From NCBI GenBank assembly GCA_041751875.1, contig JBGSIC010000032.1, forward strand, positions 41,118 to 105,117: a stretch of DNA of 64,000 nt, read 5' to 3'. This stretch comes from Bdellovibrionota bacterium (GTDB taxonomy: Bacteria > Bdellovibrionota > FAC87 > UBA2466 > JACKAF01). The notes below the pieces were generated by a model. It saw nothing but the letters and a program-made list of their open reading frames with translations. It made no database searches and was not told the origin of the DNA. The position numbers were made by a program, and so were the translations under genes. Positions 18,697 through 27,824 of the stretch are shown in pieces; within the stretch, counting starts at the first letter, position 1; every line of letters starts with the position of its first letter.

Positions 18697-20472
18697 GTGA
18701 CCAACCTGGTATACCAGTCGCAGCCAGGAGACGCGGTGCGCCATAGGAGCCTATATAAGCTATTGATAGTGTTGATGTTTCTTGGCGTTCAGGCCGCGGC
18801 AATGGAGTTGGTTTGCCCCGGTTTGAGCCTCTCCACTCGCGTTTCTCCCTCCCTTTCTCAAAATGAAAAAACTTTTGTTTGTCCCTCGCCCGAATCGGCT
18901 TGGGCTTCCATTCCGCGCGCGCAAATCAAGCGGCATTTGCGGGCAATTTTGCAGAGCCGGGGCCATCACAAGCCTATCTTTGAGGTGCGAGCGGAAGGGT
19001 TAGTCGTCGATCCCGGCCCCGTTAGCAGAGTGAACGAAATTGAATTTCGTTTTAGCGGAGATTCCGTTCCGATGACCCTTCCCCAAAATTGGAAGGGAAG
19101 GCCCATCACCCCGTCTTTGCTCAATGAGATCGAAAGAAGTAGCGCGGTTGATTTGCAGAATCGGGCGTATCCTTGTGCGGGTGCGCGCGCAACGGTTTTC
19201 GCTCAGCGTCCCGGCAATGTGGTTGTGCAAGTTGATACGGGTGCTTTTACGAAGCTAAAATTTAGCGACATCGAGTTGGCTCCTTCTTTAAAGAAAAATT
19301 ATTCTTCCGCACTACTTTCCCGGTACTACGCTTTTTTGAATAACCGCCCCTTTGATCAGCAAATGTTGCTTTTAACAGCGCAGCGCTTCGAGGGAACAGG
19401 GTTGTTTGAGAGCGCCTATTTCATCCCCCAATGCGAAAACGGGAATTTGGCGCGCGTGTCTTTGCGAGGAACCGTAGGATTGCCGCGGCTGGTACGAGTC
19501 GGAATGGGGTTTGATACAGAAGGAATTGTTAAAGCGCGCGCAAGTTGGCGCCACGTTCGATTAGGGGCGAACGCATCCACGCTAGAGATGATGGTACTTG
19601 CCTCTCGCAACCGACAGGAACTTACCAGCTCCATGAAGTGGTATTTATCAACGCCTGCCCCTCGCTTTTATCTGATGCCAGTTTTAAGCGGAGTGCATCA
19701 GTTCGAACAACATTTTGAAAGCTTTTCACTAGGATTTTCCCTCTCGCCCGCCATGACGTTTGAATTGCCGACAGGACAATTAGAACTTGTTCTCGGTCCT
19801 GCTTTTCAGAAAAACTTTACGGTGAGAGGCCCTGATCAAGGGGATATTTCTTTATTGATGCTTGAAAGTCGGATGGTTTACCTAAGTCATTCCCTTGAAT
19901 TTCAAGCCTCCGATCCTCTAGAAGGCACGTCTTGGCAATTGAGTGTTGCCGCCACTGACAGAGCCATACTCTCCGATGTCAGTGCGTGGAGAATGCGTTT
20001 CTTCTTCCGACGCTTGTGGAACATCGGTGGTTATGAACCGGCGCGGGTGGTGTTGGGAATGCGCCTTTCACTAAATAGCACAGGGCATGTAGGTGGGAAA
20101 TTGCCGCCCGATTTTCGTTTCTACTTGGGGGGATCAGATAACTTGCGAGGCTTTTCCCGTTTAGAGCTGCCCTCCAACGGACTCGGGGCACTGAGTTCTT
20201 TTTATGTAAGCACTGAAGCGCGCTTTGCCGCTCTTCTTCCGTGGGGCTTACAACCCCTTTTGTTTGCTGATGTGGGCGCCGCCGGTGATTCACCTTTTGA
20301 ATTTCACTCTCCGCTCTACGTATCCCCTGGGTTTGGGTTGCGATGGAGTTCTCCTATCGGAGTCTTTCGCGCCACTCTCGGACATGGTTTTAGCATTGGT
20401 GGAAGCACATCAGGTAGGTGGGGAAGGCCTTCGCATTGGCAGCTTTTTGTTGGCTATGGTGAGGAGTTTTAG
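18697..20472 (+). CDS. tamA: BamA/TamA family outer-membrane protein
   Basis: POTRA-like N-terminus, RFYLGGSDNLRGF, GFGLRWSSPIG and terminal GEEF. Confidence 0.8.
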   Translation: MTNLVYQSQPGDAVRHRSLYKLLIVLMFLGVQAAAMELVCPGLSLSTRVSPSLSQNEKTFVCPSPESAWASIPRAQIKRHLRAILQSRGHHKPIFEVRAEGLVVDPGPVSRVNEIEFRFSGDSVPMTLPQNWKGRPITPSLLNEIERSSAVDLQNRAYPCAGARATVFAQRPGNVVVQVDTGAFTKLKFSDIELAPSLKKNYSSALLSRYYAFLNNRPFDQQMLLLTAQRFEGTGLFESAYFIPQCENGNLARVSLRGTVGLPRLVRVGMGFDTEGIVKARASWRHVRLGANASTLEMMVLASRNRQELTSSMKWYLSTPAPRFYLMPVLSGVHQFEQHFESFSLGFSLSPAMTFELPTGQLELVLGPAFQKNFTVRGPDQGDISLLMLESRMVYLSHSLEFQASDPLEGTSWQLSVAATDRAILSDVSAWRMRFFFRRLWNIGGYEPARVVLGMRLSLNSTGHVGGKLPPDFRFYLGGSDNLRGFSRLELPSNGLGALSSFYVSTEARFAALLPWGLQPLLFADVGAAGDSPFEFHSPLYVSPGFGLRWSSPIGVFRATLGHGFSIGGSTSGRWGRPSHWQLFVGYGEEF

Positions 20473-22772
20473 TGGCTGAGCAAAACAAAAAATCGCCACA
20501 GTTTCTTCTTCGTGGGTTTTTACTCACAAGCGTAGTTGTCCTTTTACTATTCCTCTCACCGGTATTCTTTCCCAACTTGCTTCTCAGTGACACGGTTATG
20601 TATTGGGTGCAAAAGATTTTGATTTCTGAAGGGGTGGCACTGGAACTCCAGTGGAAACAACGTTCCGTGAGATGGCGCGCCTGGGGAGAGTTGCAGTTTG
20701 ATGTGGGCTTTGAAAAAGTATGTGTACGCGCAAAAAAGTCAGATGTGTGTTTTCACGAGGGAAAAGGAACTTTGGTGGTTGGTCTTTTTCCTGTTTTTAA
20801 GATTGAAGAGTTGGGTCCGCTGAACATTGCGCGCGCTGAGCTGAGTGTGCGAAATGAAGGGGAAAACGAGAAGGTGAAGGGCCCAAGCTCTCCCACTGTT
20901 GTCAGTTTGCCGACGTGGTTACGTCCACGGCGCGTAGACGTGCAGCTCAAACAAGCCAACGTAGAAATCTTTGAGGACCAACGAAAGTGGATAGAGGGAA
21001 GTCTTTCGTTGATGTGTTCACGTGCCAAAGCGGGCGCAATCCGTTGTGAAATTCCGGCACGCGTGAATGTGGCGAGCAACGACTTTGTATATAAGAGGAT
21101 GAATGCCCGTCTAGAATTTGAAAATAAAAGTGACCACTGGGACTTTGCTCTAAAAGGGGAGGCTAGTGGTGTTGCTACTTCACACATTCTTAGCGTCGAC
21201 TTGAAGGGCACGAAAAAGTTGGGGCACGAAACGTTATTTCAGGGGAGTGTCGGCGGGCGGTGGAACCGCGCCCCTTGGCAACTCCGACTTCAGGGGGCGC
21301 TCTCGGATGAAGGAAAGCAATTAGATTTAACCACTAGAGGGTTTGTGTCTCCCTTGGCGCTCGAAAAAAAATATCGACGGCACCTTAAAGAATCGATTCA
21401 GTTGCAGAAGTGCTCTCTCTCCGCTTCTTTTGAGTCGAACACCAGTGTGAAAATGCAAGGCTGTACTTTGGAGGTGCCATTAGCTGCCGGTCTTGGCGGT
21501 CGCCCGCGCTTTGAATGGGAAGGAGAAGTGGTATTACCCGCTCAGCGCGGCAGGCTGGCGGTCACGCTTCCTCAACAAGCAGGAAAGTTGTATGCGGGAA
21601 GTGGATTTCTGTCGGCGCGTTTTGAAAAAAGAGAAAAGGGAATGCACCTGAAAGTCGACCCGCAGAGTACCCTGTCTATTGAGGTACCACGATTCCAAAA
21701 AGTGGTGGCCTTGCTCGACGACTCCCCCTTTGCGGTGCCTGCTCCTTTTAATGCATTATCGGGAAGTGTGGGGGTACAACTTCAGGCTCAACCCGAAGGC
21801 TCTACCAAGCTCAAACTTCCCCTCTCGCTAAAAACGGATCTTCGCTCTGCCAGGCAGGCTCTTAAACTCGACGGAAAGGGAATGTTTGCTATCGATTGGG
21901 GCGCTGAGCTTTCTGGGAAACTCGAACTGGACCTAGTTGTGCTGGAGGGTAAGTTCGAAGCTCCGCCGCTGAGTTTGACGGGGGTACCGTCCATTCTCCC
22001 TGATTCGCGCATTCATCCACGGCAGGTTCCAGAAGCGACAGGGCCCGATCGTTTTGCTTTCAGTTATGTCTTAAGAATTCGTACAGCGGATAAGGCAAGA
22101 GTCTATGTGGCAAACAATTTATTGCCGCAGCCGCTCCCCTTGGGTTTTGACTTTAACATTCAGTCTGAAGCGCCGTTTACCGGAACGCTAACCGTCCACC
22201 CGGTGCGCGTAATGCTTTTCCGGCGAGAGGCGCGTGTGCGCCAGTTACACTTTTCCTGGGTTCCCACCGGAAAGAAGGCAGATGTTGTGGAACTGAGGGG
22301 GCGTATTGATGTTAATTACCCGGACTACTCAGTAAATGTGGGTGTGACCGGCACTTCGGACCGCCCACGGATTTCGCTGGGAAGTAGCCCGCCCCTGACT
22401 CGCCAAGAGATCATTGCTCTACTTTTATTCGGAGATGAGAGTTTGGGCTCCGAGCAGCAGAACTCTGTTTCGAGTTTTGATGCGGCTGTCGCACAGCGGT
22501 CTCTTGGCTTAGCAGCCCTTTACATTCTGGCACGTACCCCAATTCAAAGTATTAGTTTTGATCCGCGTACCCAGGCCGTAACCGCTAACGTTCGTGTTGG
22601 TCAAAATACGACGGTAAATTTAACGGGTGGCTCGCAAGGAAATAAGCGTGTGGGTTTTAGTCGTCGGATAGGCAAGAACTGGGCTGTCACGACGGAAGTG
22701 CCACTCGGAGACAGCACTGGTTCTGGTCCGTCGGGTATTTCAGGTTTTTTGGAGTGGTTTAACCGCTTCTAG
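20472..22772 (+). CDS. tamB: Translocation/assembly module TamB-like protein
   Basis: N-terminal TM; C-terminal G...P.I.L.S.PPL...EI.ALLLFG motif; coupled to tamA. Confidence 0.7.
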   Translation: MAEQNKKSPQFLLRGFLLTSVVVLLLFLSPVFFPNLLLSDTVMYWVQKILISEGVALELQWKQRSVRWRAWGELQFDVGFEKVCVRAKKSDVCFHEGKGTLVVGLFPVFKIEELGPLNIARAELSVRNEGENEKVKGPSSPTVVSLPTWLRPRRVDVQLKQANVEIFEDQRKWIEGSLSLMCSRAKAGAIRCEIPARVNVASNDFVYKRMNARLEFENKSDHWDFALKGEASGVATSHILSVDLKGTKKLGHETLFQGSVGGRWNRAPWQLRLQGALSDEGKQLDLTTRGFVSPLALEKKYRRHLKESIQLQKCSLSASFESNTSVKMQGCTLEVPLAAGLGGRPRFEWEGEVVLPAQRGRLAVTLPQQAGKLYAGSGFLSARFEKREKGMHLKVDPQSTLSIEVPRFQKVVALLDDSPFAVPAPFNALSGSVGVQLQAQPEGSTKLKLPLSLKTDLRSARQALKLDGKGMFAIDWGAELSGKLELDLVVLEGKFEAPPLSLTGVPSILPDSRIHPRQVPEATGPDRFAFSYVLRIRTADKARVYVANNLLPQPLPLGFDFNIQSEAPFTGTLTVHPVRVMLFRREARVRQLHFSWVPTGKKADVVELRGRIDVNYPDYSVNVGVTGTSDRPRISLGSSPPLTRQEIIALLLFGDESLGSEQQNSVSSFDAAVAQRSLGLAALYILARTPIQSISFDPRTQAVTANVRVGQNTTVNLTGGSQGNKRVGFSRRIGKNWAVTTEVPLGDSTGSGPSGISGFLEWFNRF

Positions 22773-22785
22773 TTTCTGTAGAGCT

Positions 22786-23847
22786 CTAGTCGCCCTGTGG
22801 GAGCCCGTGTCGCTTTCGGGCTTCAGTTACGACAAGCCGTAAGTGTTCCCGCAAACGCTGCGAGAATGTCTCGTCAAGCTCTGTGGTTCTCATCCAGTCA
22901 TCAATACGAAATACTTCGCGCGCTTCCGTAAAAGGGATATCCGTATCAATAAAGCCGTAACGGTAAGCTACTCGATCGGAGAGTCCCGTTAAGAGCAAGC
23001 TCAAGTCGCTAGGGACGGAGCGGCCGCCCAGTCGTCGCAGATGCCGGGAAATATTATTCATGCAATTGTTGAAGATGAGATTGTAAAACTCAGGATGTTC
23101 CTCGAGCGAGTGCGCGCGCTCCATCATGTCTACAAAGATAGCCCGCATTCTCTCAGGAGTTGTTCGAGCAGGGTAAAAACGTACGGGGTTTTTCCAGATA
23201 GAGCCGCGAAGCCCGATCAGATCGCGTTCTTCCCCCACCGCGTAGATGAGCTGAAATTGGCGGAACATGGAGGGGATGATCTGGTAAGGACGGCCAATCA
23301 TCCTTCGGCCTTCAACAGAAATCGAAACGTGCTGCCCATCTGAAAAGCCGAAAGAAACAAAAACGTGGGCTAAGCCATCGATCCCACGAAGGGGAACGAC
23401 GACGTAGTACATGGAGTTTATCTTGTTTAAATCGTAAACGTGCTCTTGGTACCCTGGCTTAAAATCGGTCGAACTCAACCAAGTAAAATCCCGCACATTC
23501 TGCACACGGATTTTGTCGCCTGTGATTTCAATATTCGCTTTCTTGGCGTGGTAAGGGGCCCAGTCCTCATTCGGATTGGGGGTCACAAAGGCAAAGTACC
23601 AGACTAAAACGGCTGCAAAGACACCAAGAGCACCCAGGGAATTCCAGCTAATGAAAGATGCGGCTCGTATGGAACGCCAGAAAAGAAAGCCGATCGCCAA
23701 GGCAACGATAGCCGAAATCCAGGTAGGCAGCGGGGCTGTGTAATACAGGGCCAATGCTGTCCATAGGCCGAGTAAGCACCACGTAAAGACCAGCGCCCAG
23801 CGCCCAATCCGCTTTAAGATTCCAGGTTTAGTAGTATGTGTGGTCAC
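22786..23847 (-). CDS. DUF4105/Lnb-like membrane-anchored periplasmic protein
   Basis: Three N-terminal TMs, NVRDF, AHVFVSFGF, ISVEGR and FYNLIFNNC. Confidence 0.75.
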   Translation of the reverse strand: MTTHTTKPGILKRIGRWALVFTWCLLGLWTALALYYTAPLPTWISAIVALAIGFLFWRSIRAASFISWNSLGALGVFAAVLVWYFAFVTPNPNEDWAPYHAKKANIEITGDKIRVQNVRDFTWLSSTDFKPGYQEHVYDLNKINSMYYVVVPLRGIDGLAHVFVSFGFSDGQHVSISVEGRRMIGRPYQIIPSMFRQFQLIYAVGEERDLIGLRGSIWKNPVRFYPARTTPERMRAIFVDMMERAHSLEEHPEFYNLIFNNCMNNISRHLRRLGGRSVPSDLSLLLTGLSDRVAYRYGFIDTDIPFTEAREVFRIDDWMRTTELDETFSQRLREHLRLVVTEARKRHGLPQGD

Positions 23848-24013
23848 GGGCTATCTCATGCCTCCTTCCGCGCTTCGGTGCAAGACTTTTCTTGGTTTCC
23901 CGGCTTTGCCTTGACTTATAATGCGGCGTGGCAGTAGCACAAGGTCGCTCTCATTTGAAACATGGATTGCGGACTGGCGGCTCATTTGAGCCATTTTGGG
24001 TAAGGAGTTTCCC

Positions 24014-24373
24014 ATGAAACAGTTCGTTCGGTTTGCTGTGGCCGTAGGCGTAGGCCTTTTGTGTGTGTCTTGCTCTTCGGCGCGCGTTGTAGAGACGATG
24101 CCCGGACGTGGAGGATCCATTGCGCTTCCTTCTCGCACTAGTTCTGGTGCACGCAACCAAGCGACTCAGATGATGGCCGAAAATTGCCCCGGTGGTGCGT
24201 TTGAAATCATCCGAGAAGGGGAAGCGATCGTGGGCGCCAGAACTTCTGGTCCCGTGGCAGCTTCTCGAATCACCCGCGGAAACGTTGGCGTAAGCGTGGG
24301 CTCTGCGGGAACAACTCGCCAGGAAACGGAATGGCGTCTCGACTACCGCTGTTCTTCGATCGTCGCTGAATAG
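24014..24373 (+). CDS. Small lipoprotein
   Basis: SD aaggag, MKQFVRFAVAVGVGLLCVSC lipobox, NCPGG...EWRLDYRC. Confidence 0.7.
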   Translation: MKQFVRFAVAVGVGLLCVSCSSARVVETMPGRGGSIALPSRTSSGARNQATQMMAENCPGGAFEIIREGEAIVGARTSGPVAASRITRGNVGVSVGSAGTTRQETEWRLDYRCSSIVAE

Positions 24374-24425
24374 TCCGTAAATTTTTGAAAGAGAAACTTT
24401 AATTATTGTTTGAAAGAGGAGTGTT

Positions 24426-25034
24426 ATGAATACCATTGAATTAGGACGTAGACAGGTTTTGGGTAAGGGCGCGGGCGAGGATCTGGAATATTTGCAGCAA
24501 CGTTGGGGGCGCATTCTTGTTGCAGGCATTTGTTTTCTCATTATTGGTTTTTTCGCTGTATCGCTTGCAAGTTTGACGACGATAGTTACCCTGGCCATCT
24601 TTGGCTGGTTTTTGGTTTTTGCCGGAATCGCGCAATTCGTCGAAGCCTTCGCAGGCCGTGATCGCGGCGGATTTGTGCTGGAACTCATCTCTGCGGTCTT
24701 GTACTTAGTGGCGGGATTTTTTCTGCTTCGCAATCCTGGTCTTTCCGCAGCCATGCTTACTTTCATGCTGGCTCCGCTCTTTATCATTCTAGGTGTGGTG
24801 CGTTCCGTAACGGCGCTTACATTGCGTCACGCCCAGTGGGGATGGCAGATGCTTAGCGGTGTAGTGAGCTTTATGCTTGGGTGGTTCCTTCTGAACCGCT
24901 CTCCTATGACCGGCCTTTGGCTCATTGGTACCTTCATCGGTATCGAGTTGCTGTTCGAAGGAATGGCGTTGAGTTCGCTTGCCCTTTCTTTGCGCAAAAG
25001 AAAAAAGAGCGTGAAGTCCAAGATGGCCGCTTAA
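24426..25034 (+). CDS. HdeD family membrane protein
   Basis: Six TM segments with repeated G..L...G pattern and LWLIGTFIGIELLFEG. Confidence 0.8.
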   Translation: MNTIELGRRQVLGKGAGEDLEYLQQRWGRILVAGICFLIIGFFAVSLASLTTIVTLAIFGWFLVFAGIAQFVEAFAGRDRGGFVLELISAVLYLVAGFFLLRNPGLSAAMLTFMLAPLFIILGVVRSVTALTLRHAQWGWQMLSGVVSFMLGWFLLNRSPMTGLWLIGTFIGIELLFEGMALSSLALSLRKRKKSVKSKMAA

Positions 25035-25378
25035 GGTTAGCGGGCTTCTCCTTATATATAGCAATTCAGATTTCGTTTTTTTGCTGAAGATGCGTTGTTA
25101 AAACACCGCAGGAGGTCACTTTTTGTTGTCCTCGCCTCCAAAAAGAGGGATCCCTGAGTGGCCGTGATCGCGGGTTTTGGACTCGAAAATTTCCGGTTTT
25201 TGCGCCTTTTTCGGGACTCGACCGAAGCCTTTTTGACGATTTTCCCTTCCTTTTAAGTATTTAATATTAAAAGCGAAAATGGAAGGTTTTGTCCCAAAAT
25301 GCGTTTAGAGGATTGACAGTATTCGACGTAACGCGATATGTCGCTAATCCGTAATAATCTTTCACGGAGGTTGACTAG

Positions 25379-25939
25379 ATGAAAGTACTTGCTTTAGCCA
25401 TTGTGGCATTGTTCCTGACTCAGTCTGCGGTCGCAGCTGAGGACCTGGTAATTCCCCCTAAGGGTTCCCTGGTTCCCTATTCCATCCAACTCACAAAAGG
25501 CAGCTTGTTCTTGCCTGTTTACGTAGCGAAAGACGACAAACGTTTTCCCGTTTACGTTGAGCTGGAAGAAAAAGGTGCACCTGGTGAATTGTTAGTGGAC
25601 ATCGCTGGCGATGAAACTGTGCCGATGGAAGAGTTCGACTATCAGTCAGTGCACGTCCGTAGCGAAGATGGCTTCGTGGATGTCACGGAGAAAGTGTTAG
25701 CACGCAAAAACGCTAGCCACGTTAAACTTGCTGGTTTCGACAGTGAAGCTGAATTCACGTTGATGCTAGATAAGGAAGCCGACAAAGGCCGCAACTTCAA
25801 AGAAGTTTGCTGGGGCTGGGGCGGCGGATGGGGCTGGGGTCGTCGTACAGTCTGGGTCAGCAGTGGCTGGGGCTGGGGCGGCGGCTGGGGTTGCACTCGC
25901 CGCGTCTGGGGCTGTGGCTCCGCATGGTGGGGCTGGTAA
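25379..25939 (+). CDS. Secreted protein with Trp/Gly-rich C-terminal tail
   Basis: Signal peptide, SD ggagg, acidic core, and a 43-aa tail with 12 Trp and 15 Gly. Confidence 0.75.
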   Translation: MKVLALAIVALFLTQSAVAAEDLVIPPKGSLVPYSIQLTKGSLFLPVYVAKDDKRFPVYVELEEKGAPGELLVDIAGDETVPMEEFDYQSVHVRSEDGFVDVTEKVLARKNASHVKLAGFDSEAEFTLMLDKEADKGRNFKEVCWGWGGGWGWGRRTVWVSSGWGWGGGWGCTRRVWGCGSAWWGW

Positions 25940-25995
25940 TTTAATTACCTAGCTCCGAGATCGCGCTCTAACAAAGCGCGATCGTGAGTTTGAAG

Positions 25996-26032
25996 TGGGC
26001 ACTCTCTTCATTGAGGGTGCCCATTTTTTTTT
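25996..26032 (+). terminator. Rho-independent terminator
   Basis: TGGGCACTCTC-ttcatt-GAGGGTGCCCA followed by T9; a second hairpin lies at 25959-25983. Confidence 0.85.
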
Positions 26033-26067
26033 GCGTAACGAAGCGAAGGTGGGGCTTTGCTATTCTT

Positions 26068-26466
26068 TTATTCTTTGCGAACTCCTCGGTTAGCTTCGCT
26101 GATTTGTTCGTTGAGCGTCCAATAATCGTATACGTAGCCAAGGGTGAACAATCCGCCCGTTAACAGGTAGAGAACTGCTGTAATCCATTTCTCCAAGTAG
26201 AAGCGGTGTAAACCGAAGATTCCCCCAAAGGTAAGTAAAATCCAAGAGAGGGTAAAATCCTTTGCGCCGGGTTCGTATTTCAGATCGGCTTCCTTTTCCA
26301 TACCCGGGATGAGGAAGAGATCGATAAGCCAGCCAATTCCCAAAAGGCCCAAGGTAAAAAAGTACAGAGTTCCGGAGATAGGCTTCCCATAATAAAAACG
26401 ATGGCTCCCGGTAAAGCCAAAAATCCAAAGAATGTAACCGATCGGGATATTGTGGGTGGTGTTCAT
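26068..26466 (-). CDS. TM2 domain (NINE) protein
   Basis: Two TM2 repeats: GSHRFYYGK..G.LY..TLG and GLHRFYL.K....LY..TGG. Confidence 0.9.
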   Translation of the reverse strand: MNTTHNIPIGYILWIFGFTGSHRFYYGKPISGTLYFFTLGLLGIGWLIDLFLIPGMEKEADLKYEPGAKDFTLSWILLTFGGIFGLHRFYLEKWITAVLYLLTGGLFTLGYVYDYWTLNEQISEANRGVRKE

Positions 26467-26618
26467 GCTCTCTTCTTATAGAGCGAAGAAAAAGTTCGCA
26501 AGCTATTTTGCTCCAGCATATAACAATTGGACCTGGACATCTTGTACCGCGAGGCTTAAGCCTCTTTCTAATCTGGCCAGTAAGGCGCCACACCCCTTCG
26601 GTGTTTGGAAGATTGAGT

Positions 26619-27809
26619 ATGGAAGTTAATAGTTTAGTTTCATTCACGCTAGCCATCATATTTCTTTTTCTGGGCAAGCTTATCGTGAACCGATCAAAGC
26701 ACTTGCGTAAGTTTAGCATTCCGGAATCAGTCGTTGGAGGGTTCTTTGCAGCAACCGTGGTAGCGGCCCTTTACTTTATTTTTGATTTCAAAGTTCTGTT
26801 CCAAGTAGATGTGCAAAATACGTTGCTGCTTTATTTCTTTGCCGGAATAGGACTGAAGTCCGACGTGAAAGATTTAATAACGGGCGGCAAGTCCCTACTT
26901 TTTCTAATCATCATGGTGATTAGTTTCATGGTCATGCAGAACCTGGTCGGTATGGGGGTCGCTAGTGTCATGGGGATGGATCCGAAAACAGGTCTAATGG
27001 CGGGCTCGGTGTCCCTTACAGGGGGACTGGGGACAACCATTGCCTGGGGTCCTACTTTTATCGATCAACTGGGAATCACCAACGCTGTTGAAATTGGTGT
27101 GGCGACAAGCACTCTTGGGTTAATTGTCGCCTGTATAGTTGGAGGTCCCATTGCGGCTTTTTTGATTCGCCGACACAGTCTTGAAACAAGTACCGACTCT
27201 GATCTTGATATAGGCCACATGAATGATAAGCAGCATGTCTTACTCGATTCCTATGGCGTACTTTGGGCGTGGTTATGGATGAACGTCGCGCTAATCTTAG
27301 GTTACTTTTTGGATCAGGTGGTTCAATCTACGGGATGGAATCTACCTTTATTCGTTTCCTGTTTGGTCGCTGGCGTTGCGATTGGTAATTTGAGGCGGTA
27401 CTTTTTACCAAAAATGATTTGGGCAGGAGAGGAAAGTGGCTCGGCGTTAATCTCAGACATCTCCCTTGGAATGTTTCTGGTGATGGCACTCATGTCCATG
27501 AAGCTTTGGGAACTCCAAGGAAAGCTCCCGTTTTTACTGGCCGTGATGTTCGCGCAAACCAGTATGACCATTTTGTTTTCAGTTTTTGTTGTTTTCAAAG
27601 GGTTAGGAAAAAACTACGAGGCCGCGGTCATGGCCGCGGGATTTCCCGGGCTCACGCTAGGGACCACCGCCACGGCTATTGTGAATATGACTGCTATAAC
27701 CAAGGAGCACGGCGCGGCTCACCGCGCCTTCCTGCTTGTTCCGATCGTTGGCGGATTCTTCGTGGGTATTGCTAACGCGATCGTGATTACTTATTTCACT
27801 AATCTTTGA
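26619..27809 (+). CDS. gltS: Sodium/glutamate symporter
   Basis: IPESVVGG, FFAGIGL, GSVSLTGGLGT..AW and AFLLVPIVGGFF. Confidence 0.85.
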   Translation: MEVNSLVSFTLAIIFLFLGKLIVNRSKHLRKFSIPESVVGGFFAATVVAALYFIFDFKVLFQVDVQNTLLLYFFAGIGLKSDVKDLITGGKSLLFLIIMVISFMVMQNLVGMGVASVMGMDPKTGLMAGSVSLTGGLGTTIAWGPTFIDQLGITNAVEIGVATSTLGLIVACIVGGPIAAFLIRRHSLETSTDSDLDIGHMNDKQHVLLDSYGVLWAWLWMNVALILGYFLDQVVQSTGWNLPLFVSCLVAGVAIGNLRRYFLPKMIWAGEESGSALISDISLGMFLVMALMSMKLWELQGKLPFLLAVMFAQTSMTILFSVFVVFKGLGKNYEAAVMAAGFPGLTLGTTATAIVNMTAITKEHGAAHRAFLLVPIVGGFFVGIANAIVITYFTNL

Positions 27810-27824
27810 TACGTCTTTCGCGAT

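Noticed and set aside
23951-24787. 278-aa minus-strand ORF and other long antisense ORFs (e.g. 26090-26719, 35270-35806, 59327-59902)
   Set aside because: Shadows of well-supported genes, with no recognisable motifs.
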